A DNA stretch of 56,079 nucleotides from Hyphomicrobiales bacterium (GTDB lineage Bacteria; Pseudomonadota; Alphaproteobacteria; Rhizobiales; Xanthobacteraceae): positions 1-56,079 of the forward strand of contig JAFAHL010000386.1 in NCBI GenBank assembly GCA_019237215.1, written 5' to 3'. The number at the start of each line of letters is the position of its first letter. Positions within the stretch are counted from its first letter, which is position 1. Positions 17,062-27,434 of the stretch are shown piece after piece. A model generated the notes under the pieces. The model worked only from the letters and a program-made list of their open reading frames with translations. It did not search any database and was not told the DNA's origin. Both the position numbers and the translations under genes were made by a program.

Positions 17062-19061
17062 CAGCGGGCCCCCCCGAAAAGATACCAGGTCGCGAGCGCG
17101 GCGACGCCGAGCAACATCGCAAATGCGTACTGGTAGATGTAGCCCGACTGCAGCCTGACCGCGCTGCGCGTCACGTCGAGCACCCGGGCCGAAATTCCGT
17201 CCGGCCCCAGGCCGTCTATGATGGCGCCGTCGCCGCCTTTCCAGAAGAGCCGGCCGATGGCGAAGGCCGGACGGACGAAGACCGCGTCGTAGAGTTCGTC
17301 GAAATACCACTTGTTGAGCAAGAACCGGTAGAGCGCCGGGAAGAGCTCAGCCAGGCGCTTCGGCATCGTCCGGTCGACCAGATACATGTAGATCGCGACA
17401 AGAAGCCCCCCGAGCATCATCAGCGTCGGCGACAGCGAGACGAGCGCGGGAACATGCTCCATCTCCTCGAGTATGTGGTTCCCGGGACCCACAGAGAGCG
17501 AATTTCGCCAAAACTCTTCGAAGCCGCCGCCGATGAACCAGTAGCGGAAGACGACGCCCGCGATGACCGCGCCCAACGCCAGCCCCGCGAGCGGGATCAG
17601 CATGACCGGTGGCGATTCATGCACCGCGTGATCGTCGTAATGGGCGTGGTCGTCATGTCCGTGATCGTCGTGCGCCTTGGGGGGCAGCGAACCTGCCCAG
17701 TCGCCGCGATGGCCGAAGAAGGTCATGAACATAAGCCGCCAGGAATAGAAGGCGGTGAGGGCGGCCGCGATGTCGACGCACCAGAATGCGTAAGTCGCGC
17801 CAAAGCGGTGCGAGGCGAAAGCGGCCTCGATGATCGGGTCCTTCGACACAAAGCCGGCGAAGCCGATCGAGGTGAACGGAATGCCGACGCCGGTCAGGGC
17901 CAGCGAACCGATCATCATCGTCCAGAATGTGAAGGGCATCTCCCGGCGGAGCCCGCCCATCGCCCGCATGTCCTGTTCATGGTGCATCGCCGTGATGACC
18001 GAGCCCGCGCAGAGGAACAGGAGCCCCTTGAAGAAGGCGTGGGTGAAGAGATGGAACATGCCGAGGCTGTAGCCGCCGACGCCGAGGCCGACGAACATGT
18101 AGCCGAGCTGCGAACAGGTCGAATAGGCGATGACGCGCTTGATGTCGTTCTGCACCAGACCGACGGTGGCGGCGAAAAAGGCCGTCGTCGCGCCGACGAT
18201 GAGAACAACGCTGAGAGCTGTCGACGACATCTCGAACAGCGGCGACAGGCGCGCCACCATGAAGACGCCGGCCGTCACCATGGTCGCGGCATGGATGAGC
18301 GCGGAGACGGGCGTCGGGCCCTCCATCGCGTCTGGAAGCCAGGTGTGGAGCAGGAACTGGGCCGATTTGCCCATAGCGCCCATGAAGAGCAGCAGGCAGG
18401 CGAGCGTCGGTGCGTCCCAGTCGACGCCGACGAAATGTACAGTCTTGCCGGCGAGCCCGGGCGCGGCGGCGAACACCTGGTCGTATGTGACCGATCCCGT
18501 CAGCTGAAAGGTGAGGAAGATGCCGAGCGCGAAGCCGAAGTCGCCCACGCGGTTGACGACAAAGGCCTTGATGGCTGCAGCGTTGGCTGAGGGGCGCTCG
18601 TACCAGAAGCCGATCAGCAAGTAGGACATGAGGCCGACGCCCTCCCAGCCGAAGAACAACTGGACCAGATTGTCGGCCGTCACGAGCATGAGCATGGCGA
18701 AGGTGAAGAGCGAGAGATAGGCGAAGAACCGCGGAATCGACGGGTCGTCCGCCATGTAGCCGATCGAATAGACGTGCACGAGAAACGACACTGTCGAAAC
18801 GACGACGAGCATCACGGCGGTCAGAGTATCGATCCGCAGCGCCCAGGCGACGGCGAGCTTGCCGGAGGTGAACCAGTTGGCGACCGGCACGTGCGCCTCG
18901 GCGCCGCCCGCGACCTGGAAGAAAGCGATCCACGAGAGGACGAAACAGACGCCGAGAAAGCCGCAGGTCACATATTCTGCGCCACGCGCGCCGATCCACG
19001 GCCCGAAAATGCCGGCGATCAGGAAACCGAAGAGCGGCAGAAAGACGATCAGATCGTACAT
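17061..19061 (-). CDS. nuoL: NADH-quinone oxidoreductase subunit L
   Basis: 666 aa, [20 protein letters not shown]..., antiporter-like core plus a C-terminal lateral-helix region. Confidence 0.95.
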   Translation of the reverse strand: MYDLIVFLPLFGFLIAGIFGPWIGARGAEYVTCGFLGVCFVLSWIAFFQVAGGAEAHVPVANWFTSGKLAVAWALRIDTLTAVMLVVVSTVSFLVHVYSIGYMADDPSIPRFFAYLSLFTFAMLMLVTADNLVQLFFGWEGVGLMSYLLIGFWYERPSANAAAIKAFVVNRVGDFGFALGIFLTFQLTGSVTYDQVFAAAPGLAGKTVHFVGVDWDAPTLACLLLFMGAMGKSAQFLLHTWLPDAMEGPTPVSALIHAATMVTAGVFMVARLSPLFEMSSTALSVVLIVGATTAFFAATVGLVQNDIKRVIAYSTCSQLGYMFVGLGVGGYSLGMFHLFTHAFFKGLLFLCAGSVITAMHHEQDMRAMGGLRREMPFTFWTMMIGSLALTGVGIPFTSIGFAGFVSKDPIIEAAFASHRFGATYAFWCVDIAAALTAFYSWRLMFMTFFGHRGDWAGSLPPKAHDDHGHDDHAHYDDHAVHESPPVMLIPLAGLALGAVIAGVVFRYWFIGGGFEEFWRNSLSVGPGNHILEEMEHVPALVSLSPTLMMLGGLLVAIYMYLVDRTMPKRLAELFPALYRFLLNKWYFDELYDAVFVRPAFAIGRLFWKGGDGAIIDGLGPDGISARVLDVTRSAVRLQSGYIYQYAFAMLLGVAALATWYLFGGAR

Positions 19062-19071
19062 GAGGTCCGTC

Positions 19072-19374
19072 TCAGCCCTTCAGCGAATTGATGTCTTCAA
19101 CCGCGATCGATCCGCGATTGCGGTAATAGGCGACGAGGATCGCCAGCCCGATCGCCGCCTCCGCCGCGGCGACCGTCAGGACGAAGAGCGCGAATGCCTG
19201 CCCGGTCAAATCTCCCTGGAAGGTCGAAAATGCGATGAGATTGATGTTGACCGAGAGCAGGATCAATTCGACCGACATCAGGATGATGATGATGTTCTTG
19301 TGGTTGAGGATGATGCCGGCGACGCCGATCGTGAACACGATAGCCGCGAGCGTCAGATAGCTGGAGAGGTCCAT
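19072..19374 (-). CDS. nuoK: NADH-quinone oxidoreductase subunit K
   Basis: 100 aa, 3 TM, ...[21 protein letters not shown]. Confidence 0.95.
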   Translation of the reverse strand: MDLSSYLTLAAIVFTIGVAGIILNHKNIIIILMSVELILLSVNINLIAFSTFQGDLTGQAFALFVLTVAAAEAAIGLAILVAYYRNRGSIAVEDINSLKG

Positions 19375-19386
19375 GAGCGTGATCCT

Positions 19387-19989
19387 TCAGACGCCGGCTC
19401 GCGAGGGAACCTTCCGCAATTCGACCGCGGTTTCGGGGTTGCGCGCGACCTGGGCGCCGACGTCCTGGCGTTTGACGCCGGCCTTGTGTTGCAGGGTGAG
19501 GACGATCGCGCCGATCATCGCGGTGAGCAGGATCATGCCCGCCGCCTGGAAAAAGTAGAAATAGCGGGTGTAAAGCACTTCGCCGAGCGCGGCGGTGTTG
19601 GAGATCGTGCCAGAGGGCGTCGTCGGGTCGGCGGCATTCGGCGAAGCGGCCCAACCCCATTCGACATAGATGAGCTCGAGGGCGACGCTGACGGCGATCA
19701 GGATGCCCGGGAGCAGATATTCGACGAAGCCCTGCTTCATGCGGGCGAAGTCGACGTCAAGCAGCATCACGATGAACAGAAACAGCACCGCGACCGCGCC
19801 GACATAGACGACGACGAGGATCATCGCCAGAAACTCGGCGCCCAGCAGCAGAAAGAGTCCGGCCGCGTTGACGAAGGCCAGAATGAGGAACAGCACCGAG
19901 TGGACCGGGTTCCTGGCCAGGATGACGGCGAGCGCCGATCCGACGAGGATCGTCGCGAAAATCCAGAAGAATACAGCCTCGGCCCGCAT
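19387..19989 (-). CDS. nuoJ: NADH-quinone oxidoreductase subunit J
   Basis: Internal ATG 19989: MRAEAVFFWIFATILVGSALAVILARNPVHSVLFLILAFVNAAGLFLLLGAEFLAM...; the upstream part of the track ORF crosses the repeat-rich spacer. Confidence 0.9.
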   Translation of the reverse strand: MRAEAVFFWIFATILVGSALAVILARNPVHSVLFLILAFVNAAGLFLLLGAEFLAMILVVVYVGAVAVLFLFIVMLLDVDFARMKQGFVEYLLPGILIAVSVALELIYVEWGWAASPNAADPTTPSGTISNTAALGEVLYTRYFYFFQAAGMILLTAMIGAIVLTLQHKAGVKRQDVGAQVARNPETAVELRKVPSRAGV

Positions 19990-19994
19990 CGTCC

Positions 19995-20184
19995 TGCCTC
20001 TTGTTCTCTCCCCTCTGCCCTCGCGGGACAGGAGGTTGGGGGGTAAGGGTTCGGCGCGCCATCGCCTTGCTCGAAATGGCGCCTTGCGGCGCCGACCCCT
20101 CATCCGGCCGACTTCGTCGGCCACCTTCTCCCGCCTTAGCCGTCTTTGGACGGGCGTTCAGAGCGCCCTGGCGGGGAGAAGGGA
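19995..20184. repeat. cluster of GC-rich REP-like hairpins filling the nuoI-nuoJ spacer
   Basis: ggccgac-ttc-gtcggcc (20106-20122); ccttctcccgcc (20124-20135) pairs with ggcggggagaagg (20170-20182) around an inner ccgtc/gacgg hairpin; ggcgcc-ttgc-ggcgcc; imperfect hairpin around 20008-20032. The 'ccctcatcc' and 'ccttctccc..ggggagaagg' motifs are typical Rhizobiales intergenic repeats. Confidence 0.7.
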
Positions 20185-20682
20185 TTAGCGATACGGCGCG
20201 TCCGCCGCGATGTTGCGCGCCAGTTCCCGCTCCCAGCGCGCGCCGTTCGCGAGCAGCCGGTCCTTGTCGTAGAACAGCTCCTCGCGCGTCTCGGTCGCAA
20301 ATTCGAAATTCGGTCCCTCGACGATGGCGTCGACCGGGCAGGCCTCCTGGCACATGCCGCAGTAGATGCACTTCGTCATGTCGATATCGTATCGCGTGGT
20401 GCGCCGTGTGCCGTCGTTGCGGCGCGGCCCGGCTTCAATCGTGATCGCCTGCGCCGGGCAGATCGCCTCGCAGAGCTTGCAGGCGATGCAGCGTTCCTCC
20501 CCGTTCGGATAGCGCCGGAGCGCATGTTCGCCGCGAAAACGAGGCGACAGCGGGGACTTCTCGTTCGGGTAGTTGAGCGTCGCCTTCGGCTTGAACATGT
20601 AGCGGACGGAGAGCGCGAACGCGGCCACGAACTCGCCCAGGAAGAGCGAGCGGGCTGATTGGGCCAGCCTGAGAGCCATCAT
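20185..20682 (-). CDS. nuoI: NADH-quinone oxidoreductase subunit I (2x[4Fe-4S])
   Basis: [12 protein letters not shown] and [12 protein letters not shown] ferredoxin motifs; 165 aa. Confidence 0.96.
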   Translation of the reverse strand: MMALRLAQSARSLFLGEFVAAFALSVRYMFKPKATLNYPNEKSPLSPRFRGEHALRRYPNGEERCIACKLCEAICPAQAITIEAGPRRNDGTRRTTRYDIDMTKCIYCGMCQEACPVDAIVEGPNFEFATETREELFYDKDRLLANGARWERELARNIAADAPYR

Positions 20683-20691
20683 CGTCTCCCT

Positions 20692-21861
20692 TCAACCCGA
20701 AACGTTGGCGCCGAGGCCGGTGAACTCCAGCACCGCCGCCACAAGAACCACCATGAACAGCGAGATTGGCAGGAACACTTTCCAGCCGAGCCGCATCAAC
20801 TGATCGTATCGATAGCGCGGCACGAAGGCTTTCACCATCGAAAAGCAGAATACGACCGACCAGGCCTTGATAAGGAACCAGATCAGGCCCGGCACCCAGG
20901 TGAATGGCGCAAACGGCAAAGGCGACAGCCACCCGCCGAGGAAAAGCACCGCCGCCATCGCGGACATCGTCAGAACCGCGACGAGTTCGGTCAGGTACTG
21001 AAGCAGGAAGAGCGAAGCCGAATATTCGACCGAGTAACCGGCCACGAGCTCGGACTCCGCTTCGGTCAGGTCGAACGGTGGCCGGTTTGTCTCCGCGAGC
21101 GCCGAGACGAAGAAGATGATGAACATCGGGAACAGGGGTAGCCAAAACCAGCCGAGGAAGCCGAGACGCGTGTCCTGCGCATTGACAATGTCGGAAAGGT
21201 TCAGCGAGCCGGCGCACATCACGACGGTGACGATGACGAAACCGATCGACACCTCGTAGGACACCATCTGCGCCGCGGCGCGGAGAGCGGACAAAAGCGG
21301 GTACTTCGAGTTCGACGCCCAGCCGGCCATGATGATGCCGTAGACGCCGAGCGACGAGACCGCGAACAGGTAGAGAATGCCGACGTTGATGTCGCTGATC
21401 ACCCATCCGTCCGCGACCGGAATGACCGCCCAGGCCGCGATCGCCAAAATCACGGAGACCAGCGGCGCAAGCACGAATACGCCCTTGTTGGCGCTGTCCG
21501 GAATGATCGGCTCTTTGAGGATGAACTTCAGGAAATCGGCGAAGGGCTGAAGGACGCCCCAGGGCCCGACCACATTCGGGCCGCGACGCAGCTGCACGGC
21601 GCCCCAGATCTTGCGCTCGAGATAGATGAGGGCCGCGGTCGAGAGGAGCAGGCAGATGAGCAGGAACAGGCTTTCGAGCACGAAGCGCAAGGCCGTTCCG
21701 AAGTCGCTCGTGTGCATCCAGCGGCCGAAGGCGGCGAAATAGCCGCCGCTGATGAGGAACCAAATCAGCGCGACGACGACGACTGCGGCGACGAGCGCGC
21801 CAACCGCGACGGTCATGAGCCAAGGCGAGGAAGCGGGGCGGCTGGGCGTTGCGCTGCTCAT
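20692..21861 (-). CDS. nuoH: NADH-quinone oxidoreductase subunit H (possible extra N-terminal helix)
   Basis: [40 protein letters not shown] core. ATG 21861 lies 6 nt after the nuoG stop; an alternative ATG 21717 would give the usual ~340-aa length. Confidence 0.9.
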   Translation of the reverse strand: MSSATPSRPASSPWLMTVAVGALVAAVVVVALIWFLISGGYFAAFGRWMHTSDFGTALRFVLESLFLLICLLLSTAALIYLERKIWGAVQLRRGPNVVGPWGVLQPFADFLKFILKEPIIPDSANKGVFVLAPLVSVILAIAAWAVIPVADGWVISDINVGILYLFAVSSLGVYGIIMAGWASNSKYPLLSALRAAAQMVSYEVSIGFVIVTVVMCAGSLNLSDIVNAQDTRLGFLGWFWLPLFPMFIIFFVSALAETNRPPFDLTEAESELVAGYSVEYSASLFLLQYLTELVAVLTMSAMAAVLFLGGWLSPLPFAPFTWVPGLIWFLIKAWSVVFCFSMVKAFVPRYRYDQLMRLGWKVFLPISLFMVVLVAAVLEFTGLGANVSG

Positions 21862-21867
21862 CGTGGC

Positions 21868-23931
21868 CTATTCCGCCGCCTCGAGCCTTCGCCCCCGCGC
21901 CAAGGCCGAACATTCGGCCATGACGCGCGAGGCGCGCGCGATCGGGTTGGTGAGATAAAAATCGTCGATGCCGGAGCCGAACGGCGCCTTGTCGACCGTC
22001 CCGACGACGGCCGAAAGGCCGGCCAGCGCGGCCGGATCAGCCGCTACGACAGCGCCGAAACGCGCGAGCTGTGGAAAGGCCGCAGCGAGCGTGGCGCGGA
22101 GTTGCGTCAGCGAGTCGTACGGCAATCTCGCGCCGAGCGGCTCCGACAGGGCGCGCAAGATCGACCAGTCTTCGCGCGCGTCGCCCGGCGGGAACACCGC
22201 GCGTTCGGCGAATTGCGGCCGCCCCTCGGTGTTGACGTAGACGCCCGACTTTTCGGTATAGGCCGCGCCCGGCAGGATGACGTCGGCGCGGTGCGCGCCT
22301 CGGTCGCCGTGCGTGCCGATATAGACGACGAAGGCGCCCGGCTCGACGTCGATTTCGTCGGCGCCGAGATTGACCAGAACGTCGAGCCCGCCCGCTTTCG
22401 CCATCGCCGGCGCGTCGAGGCCGCCGTCCCCCGGCACGAGCCCGAGATCGAGGCCGCCGACGCGCGAGGCCGCGGTGTGGAGCACGTTGAACCCGTTCCA
22501 GCCGTCCTTGACCACGCCGGCCGCCGCAGCCGCTCTGGCCAGGCTGGCCAACACCGCGGCGCCGTCCGGCCGCGCGAAGGCAGCGGCGCCGACCACGAAC
22601 ATCCGCTTCGTCGGTCCTTGCGCCGGCTCTTCGGCGACGACGGCAATCGTCTCCGGGCCCGCGCCTACATACTTATAGTGGTAGGTCAGATCGGCCCGCT
22701 CGCCGATCAGGCCCATGAGCACGCCGCCCTTCAGCCAGCGCTTGCGGATGCGGGCGTTGAGCACCGGCGCTTCGAGCCGCGGGTTGGACCCCACGATCAG
22801 GATCGCGTCCGCCTCATCGATCCCCGCGATGGTCGAGTTGAAGAGGTAGGAGGCGCGGCCGAACTTCGGATGAAGCTTGGAGCCGTCCTGCCGGCAATCG
22901 ACATTGGGAGAGCCGAGCTTGCCCATAAGGCCCTTAAGCGCGAACATTTCCTCGACGGCCGCAAGATCGCCGACGATCGCGCCGATCCGGGACGGCGACG
23001 TTGCCTTGACCCTGCCGGCGATGACGGCGAAGGCTTGGCTCCAGCTTGCAGGGGTCAGCTTGCCATCGACGCGAACGTAGGCCCGGTCGAGACGCTGCGT
23101 CTTGAGGCCGTCGGCGACGTAACGCGTCTTGTCGGAAATCCACTCGTCGTTGATTGCCTCGTTGATGCGCGGCAGAATGCGAACGACCTCGCGGCCTCGC
23201 GAGTCAACGCGGATCGCCGAGCCGAGCGCGTCCATCACGTCGACCGATTCGGTCTTGACGAATTCCCACGGGCGGGCATGGAACGCGATGGGCTTGGAGG
23301 TTAGCGCGCCGACCGGGCAGAGGTCGATGATGTTGGCCTGGAGCTCGGACGTCATCGCGCGCTCGAGGTAGGAAGTGATCTCCATATCCTCGCCGCGGCC
23401 GATGGCGCCGAGTTCAGGAACCCCTGCGACCTCGGTCGCGAAGCGCACGCAGCGCGTGCACTGGATGCAGCGGTTCATCGAGGTCTTGACGAGCGCGCCG
23501 ATATACTTGTCTTCAACTGCGCGCTTGTTCTCGGAAAAGCGCGACGAATCGGCGCCGTAGGCCATCGCCTGGTCCTGCAGATCGCATTCGCCGCCCTGGT
23601 CGCAGATCGGGCAGTCGAGCGGATGGTTGATGAGCAGGAACTCCATCACGCCCTGGCGCGCCTTGCGGACCATCGCAGAATTGGTCTCGACGACAGGGGG
23701 CTCCCCGTTCGGCCCCGGCCGAAGATCCTTGACCGCCATCGCACAGGAGGCGGTCGGCTTCGGCGGACCGCCCTTCACCTCGACAAGGCACATCCGGCAG
23801 TTGCCGGCGATCGACAGCCGTTCATGAAAGCAGAACCGCGGCACCTCCGCCCCTGCGGCTTCACACGCCTGCAGGAGCGTATATTCGGCCGGAACGTCGA
23901 TTTGCTTGCCGTCGATGATGATCTTGCTCAT
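21868..23931 (-). CDS. nuoG: NADH-quinone oxidoreductase subunit G
   Basis: From ATG 23931: MSKIIIDGKQIDVPAEYTLLQACEAAGAEVPRFCFHERLSIAGNCRMCLVEV... with 2Fe-2S/4Fe-4S Cys clusters; 687 aa. Confidence 0.95.
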   Translation of the reverse strand: MSKIIIDGKQIDVPAEYTLLQACEAAGAEVPRFCFHERLSIAGNCRMCLVEVKGGPPKPTASCAMAVKDLRPGPNGEPPVVETNSAMVRKARQGVMEFLLINHPLDCPICDQGGECDLQDQAMAYGADSSRFSENKRAVEDKYIGALVKTSMNRCIQCTRCVRFATEVAGVPELGAIGRGEDMEITSYLERAMTSELQANIIDLCPVGALTSKPIAFHARPWEFVKTESVDVMDALGSAIRVDSRGREVVRILPRINEAINDEWISDKTRYVADGLKTQRLDRAYVRVDGKLTPASWSQAFAVIAGRVKATSPSRIGAIVGDLAAVEEMFALKGLMGKLGSPNVDCRQDGSKLHPKFGRASYLFNSTIAGIDEADAILIVGSNPRLEAPVLNARIRKRWLKGGVLMGLIGERADLTYHYKYVGAGPETIAVVAEEPAQGPTKRMFVVGAAAFARPDGAAVLASLARAAAAAGVVKDGWNGFNVLHTAASRVGGLDLGLVPGDGGLDAPAMAKAGGLDVLVNLGADEIDVEPGAFVVYIGTHGDRGAHRADVILPGAAYTEKSGVYVNTEGRPQFAERAVFPPGDAREDWSILRALSEPLGARLPYDSLTQLRATLAAAFPQLARFGAVVAADPAALAGLSAVVGTVDKAPFGSGIDDFYLTNPIARASRVMAECSALARGRRLEAAE

Positions 23932-24299
23932 GCGCTCTTCGCCCCATGGCCCGCCCGCCAAAAGGCAAGCAGTTCGGTGACGACAATGCCTTCAATGGTC
24001 ATGCCGTCCATCCGCGCATTGACGATAGAGGCGCCAGCGAGGTTGGCTTTGTCGACGCGCAGCCCCGCGAGATTGACGTCATGGACGCGCCAACCGGACA
24101 TGTTCGAATCTTCGAGAGAGCACCCAGACAGGTTGATCCGCGAATAGTCGCCGCCAGAAAGATTGATATTGTGAAAGCGCGAACCGGAGAGATTCACGTC
24201 GTCGAACTCCGAACCCGACAGATTGACGTCAACGAACTTCGACCCGGAAAGGTCGGCGTGATGAACGTCCATCCGATGCTTTTCGCTATCGATCCTCAT
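23928..24299 (-). CDS. pentapeptide-repeat protein embedded in the nuo operon
   Basis: 123 aa; about 16 consecutive A(D/N)LxG-type pentapeptides (ADLSGSKFVDVNLSGSEFDDVNLSGSRFHNINLSGGDYSRINLSGCSLEDSNMSGWRVHDVNLAGLRVDKANLAGASIVNARMDG). Its stop overlaps the nuoG ATG (ATGA, 23931-23928). Confidence 0.85.
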   Translation of the reverse strand: MRIDSEKHRMDVHHADLSGSKFVDVNLSGSEFDDVNLSGSRFHNINLSGGDYSRINLSGCSLEDSNMSGWRVHDVNLAGLRVDKANLAGASIVNARMDGMTIEGIVVTELLAFWRAGHGAKSA

Positions 24300-24315
24300 C
24301 GTATCGGTCCGACCC

Positions 24316-24789
24316 TCATCCGCATTTCCGGCTCATCCATAGCTTGATATGCGGCAGATGACCCCAACCGAACGCGACGTCGCTGTCGCCGTGTCTCGAC
24401 AAGCATTCAAGCCGAGCCTTCGCCTCGTCAAGGTTGGGAATATGTCCGACCGCGACCGGCCACATGACGAAATGCGGCGTGGCCAACTTCTCGAACCACT
24501 CACCCTTGCGATTATAGAACTGCTTGTGAACCGTCGCCCAGACGAATCGCTCGAGCATTTCGACGCTTTCCCAGACCGACATGTTGACCAGCATCTTCGG
24601 ATCGTCGAACGGCCGAAGCGCGGTCGCGTTGTTGCTTTCGTCCTTCAGACGCCAGACGAATCCGGGACTCCGTTCGGCGAGCGCGTTGACGCGATCGAGA
24701 TTGTCCATGAACCCGTCCATGCGCGGATCGTCGAGCGCATGCAGCGGACGGCCGATGTTGAGCTGGGCGATGTGGGCCGACGTCATCAT
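24316..24789 (-). CDS. DUF3291 domain protein embedded in the nuo operon
   Basis: From ATG 24789: MMTSAHIAQLNIGRPLHALDDPRMDGFMDNLDRVNALAERSPGFVWRLKDESNNATALRPFDDPKMLVNMSVWESVEMLERFVW... matches the DUF3291 pattern as I recall it; starts 10 nt after the nuoF stop. Confidence 0.75.
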   Translation of the reverse strand: MMTSAHIAQLNIGRPLHALDDPRMDGFMDNLDRVNALAERSPGFVWRLKDESNNATALRPFDDPKMLVNMSVWESVEMLERFVWATVHKQFYNRKGEWFEKLATPHFVMWPVAVGHIPNLDEAKARLECLSRHGDSDVAFGWGHLPHIKLWMSRKCG

Positions 24790-24799
24790 GGCGTGCCCC

Positions 24800-26104
24800 C
24801 TACTCTGCCGCAGCCCGCACAGGTTCGCTGTGCGGGTTGGCAGCATAGAGGTCGATGCGCCGCTCGATCTCTGGGCGGAAATGGGCGATCAGCCCCTGGA
24901 TCGGCCAAGCCGCGGCGTCGCCGAGCGCGCAAATCGTGTGGCCCTCGACCTGCTTCGTCACGTCGAGCAGCATGTCGATTTCGCGCTTCTGCGCCCGGCC
25001 CTCCGCCATCCGCGTCATCACGCGCCACATCCAGCCGGCGCCTTCGCGGCAGGGCGTGCACTGGCCACAGCTCTCGTGTTTGTAGAAATAGGAAAGCCTG
25101 GCGATCGCGCGGACGATGTCGGTCGACTTGTCCATCACGATCACCGCGGCCGTCCCGAGGCCCGAACGCAGTTTGCCGAGGGAGTCGAAATCCATCGGAC
25201 AGTCGATGATCTGCTCGGCAGGCACGAGGCGCACCGACGAGCCGCCGGGAATGACGGCGAGAAGATTGTCCCAACCGCCGCGGACGCCGCCCGCGTGTGT
25301 CTCGATCAGCTCGCGGAAGGGGATCGACATCGCTTCTTCGACGTTGCAGGGCTGGTTGACGTGGCCGGAGATGCAAAAGAGTTTTGTGCCGGCGTTGTTG
25401 TGCGCCCCGAACCCCGCAAACCACGCGGCGCCGCGGCGAAGGATCTCAGGTGCCTGCGCGATCGATTCGACGTTGTTCACCGTCGTCGGACAGCCGTAGA
25501 GACCCATGCCCGCCGGAAACGGCGGCTTCATGCGCGGCATTCCCTTCTTCCCCTCTAGCGACTCGAGCATCGCGGTCTCTTCGCCGCAGATGTAGGCGCC
25601 CGCGCCGTGATGAACGTAGAGGTCGAAAGGCCAGCCGTGGATACTGTCTTTGCCGATGAGCCTGGCTTCATAGGCTTCGTCGACCGCCGCCTGGAAGCGC
25701 CCACGCTCGAAGATATATTCTCCGCGCAAATAGACGTAAGCCGCGTTGGCGCCCATGGCGAACGAGGCGAGCAAAGCGCCCTCGACCAGCGTGTGGGGAT
25801 CGTTGCGCAGGATTTCGCGGTCCTTGCACGTGCCGGGCTCGGACTCGTCGGCGTTGACAACGAGATAATGTGGCCGCTTCGGATCGACGGTCTTGGGCAT
25901 GAACGACCATTTGAGGCCGGTCGGGAAGCCCGCGCCGCCGCGACCGCGCAGGCCCGAGGCTTTCATTTCCGAAACGATCCAGTCGCGTCCCTTGTCGATG
26001 ATCGCCTTTGTGTTGTCCCAATTGCCGCGCGCCCGAGCGCCCTTGAGGCCCGGATCGCCGAAGCCGTAAAGATTGGTGAAGATGCGATCCTTGTCTTCGA
26101 GCAT
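24800..26104 (-). CDS. nuoF: NADH-quinone oxidoreductase subunit F
   Basis: 434 aa; [38 protein letters not shown], 4Fe-4[13 protein letters not shown]. Confidence 0.97.
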   Translation of the reverse strand: MLEDKDRIFTNLYGFGDPGLKGARARGNWDNTKAIIDKGRDWIVSEMKASGLRGRGGAGFPTGLKWSFMPKTVDPKRPHYLVVNADESEPGTCKDREILRNDPHTLVEGALLASFAMGANAAYVYLRGEYIFERGRFQAAVDEAYEARLIGKDSIHGWPFDLYVHHGAGAYICGEETAMLESLEGKKGMPRMKPPFPAGMGLYGCPTTVNNVESIAQAPEILRRGAAWFAGFGAHNNAGTKLFCISGHVNQPCNVEEAMSIPFRELIETHAGGVRGGWDNLLAVIPGGSSVRLVPAEQIIDCPMDFDSLGKLRSGLGTAAVIVMDKSTDIVRAIARLSYFYKHESCGQCTPCREGAGWMWRVMTRMAEGRAQKREIDMLLDVTKQVEGHTICALGDAAAWPIQGLIAHFRPEIERRIDLYAANPHSEPVRAAAE

Positions 26105-26108
26105 CGCG

Positions 26109-27188
26109 CTAATGTCCCTTCTTCACATCTTGATGGCCCTGGACCGCGGAGTCCTTCGGGCCCGTTCCAACGTGCGCCAGATTGGCGGCCTGCGGAACCC
26201 ACTGCTCGCGATCGATACGTCCTGGAAATGCGAGGTAGGCGCCGACCCAGCGGATTTCCGACCGCGTCCAGGCGGCGATCTGATCGAAGTGAAAGACGCC
26301 GAGCTCGTGAAGATGCTTCTCGTTGACCGGACCCACGCCCTTGATGCGCTGAAGATTGTCGGCCACCGCGCGCGGCGCCTCGAGGGCCGGCGGCCGGGCG
26401 CCGACGGCATTTGCCTTCTGCTCCTGCGTCGCGTCCGCAGGCAGCTTCGCAAGCGCTTCGTTGATTTGGGCTTCTTCCGCCGCCGCGCGCGCCTCCGCGC
26501 CGGCGCTGTCGGGCTGAACGAGTGAGGCACGGCGGTCGTTGGCCGGCGCTTGCGTGGAGAGGCTCTGTGGCCCGCTCCGCCCGTCGACGCCGTAGAGCGC
26601 GGTCAGCGCGGTCAGGCCGCCGACCGGCTCCGAGGACGCACGGCCGATCTGCGAGCCTTTCCTGACTGGGCGTCCGGCTGCAAGATCGTCGAGGAGGTCG
26701 GCGAAATTCTGCGGCGTCAGGTCCTCGTAATAGTCGTCGTTGATCTGGACCATCGGAGCGTTGCAGCAGGCGCCGAGGCATTCGACTTCGTTCCACGAGA
26801 AGATGCCGTCAGCCGTCACGTGACCGGGTTCGCCGATGCGTTTCCACAAGACCGCCTTGATGTCTTCCGCGCCTCCCAGCATGCAAGGCGTCGTGCCGCA
26901 AAGCTGGACGTAATAGCGTCCAACCGGGGCAAGGTTGAACATGCTGTAGAAGGTCGCAACCTCGAGCACCCGGATGTTGGGCATGTCGAGCATCTCGGCG
27001 ACCTTCTCAATCGCAGGCTTCGGCAGCCAGTAGCCGCTTTGCGCCTGAGCCCGCCACAGCAGCGCGAGCACTGCGGAGGCCTGCCGCCCGGGCGGATACT
27101 TGGCGATCTCGGTGGCCGCCCAAGCCTTATTCTCAGGCGTGAACTCGAAGCTCTCGGGCTGCACATCGGCGAGACGACGGACGGACAT
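26109..27188 (-). CDS. nuoE: NADH-quinone oxidoreductase subunit E with ~185-aa C-terminal extension
   Basis: N-terminal ~175 aa is canonical NuoE ([12 protein letters not shown]...CLGACCNAP 2Fe-2S). It is followed by a low-complexity Ala/Pro linker and a conserved-looking module [53 protein letters not shown]. Confidence 0.92.
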   Translation of the reverse strand: MSVRRLADVQPESFEFTPENKAWAATEIAKYPPGRQASAVLALLWRAQAQSGYWLPKPAIEKVAEMLDMPNIRVLEVATFYSMFNLAPVGRYYVQLCGTTPCMLGGAEDIKAVLWKRIGEPGHVTADGIFSWNEVECLGACCNAPMVQINDDYYEDLTPQNFADLLDDLAAGRPVRKGSQIGRASSEPVGGLTALTALYGVDGRSGPQSLSTQAPANDRRASLVQPDSAGAEARAAAEEAQINEALAKLPADATQEQKANAVGARPPALEAPRAVADNLQRIKGVGPVNEKHLHELGVFHFDQIAAWTRSEIRWVGAYLAFPGRIDREQWVPQAANLAHVGTGPKDSAVQGHQDVKKGH

Positions 27189-27191
27189 AAG

Positions 27192-27434
27192 TCAGGATAC
27201 CCAGGCTTCGAAAGAGGAGCGGCGGCGGCGCGTCACAGGCTGGCGCCTCCGCGTGTCGCTGATGACGAAGAACAGGGCAACCATGGCGACGCCCACCAGG
27301 ATCCCGACGTCCGTCTGTGGCTGAACGAGCGGTTCGCCTTCGGCAAGCCGCATTCCCCCGATGACGACCATGAACGAAAGGGCCCCAGAGGCAAGGAGAC
27401 CCGCCCGACTCTTCAGCGACTGGAGGACGGTCAA
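27192..27434 (-). CDS. small two-TM membrane ORF between nuoD and nuoE (hypothetical)
   Basis: TTG 27434 overlaps the nuoD stop (TTGA, 27434-27431); 80 codons: [33 protein letters not shown]...[25 protein letters not shown]...; ends 3 nt before the nuoE start. No family recognised. Confidence 0.4.
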   Translation of the reverse strand: MTVLQSLKSRAGLLASGALSFMVVIGGMRLAEGEPLVQPQTDVGILVGVAMVALFFVISDTRRRQPVTRRRRSSFEAWVS

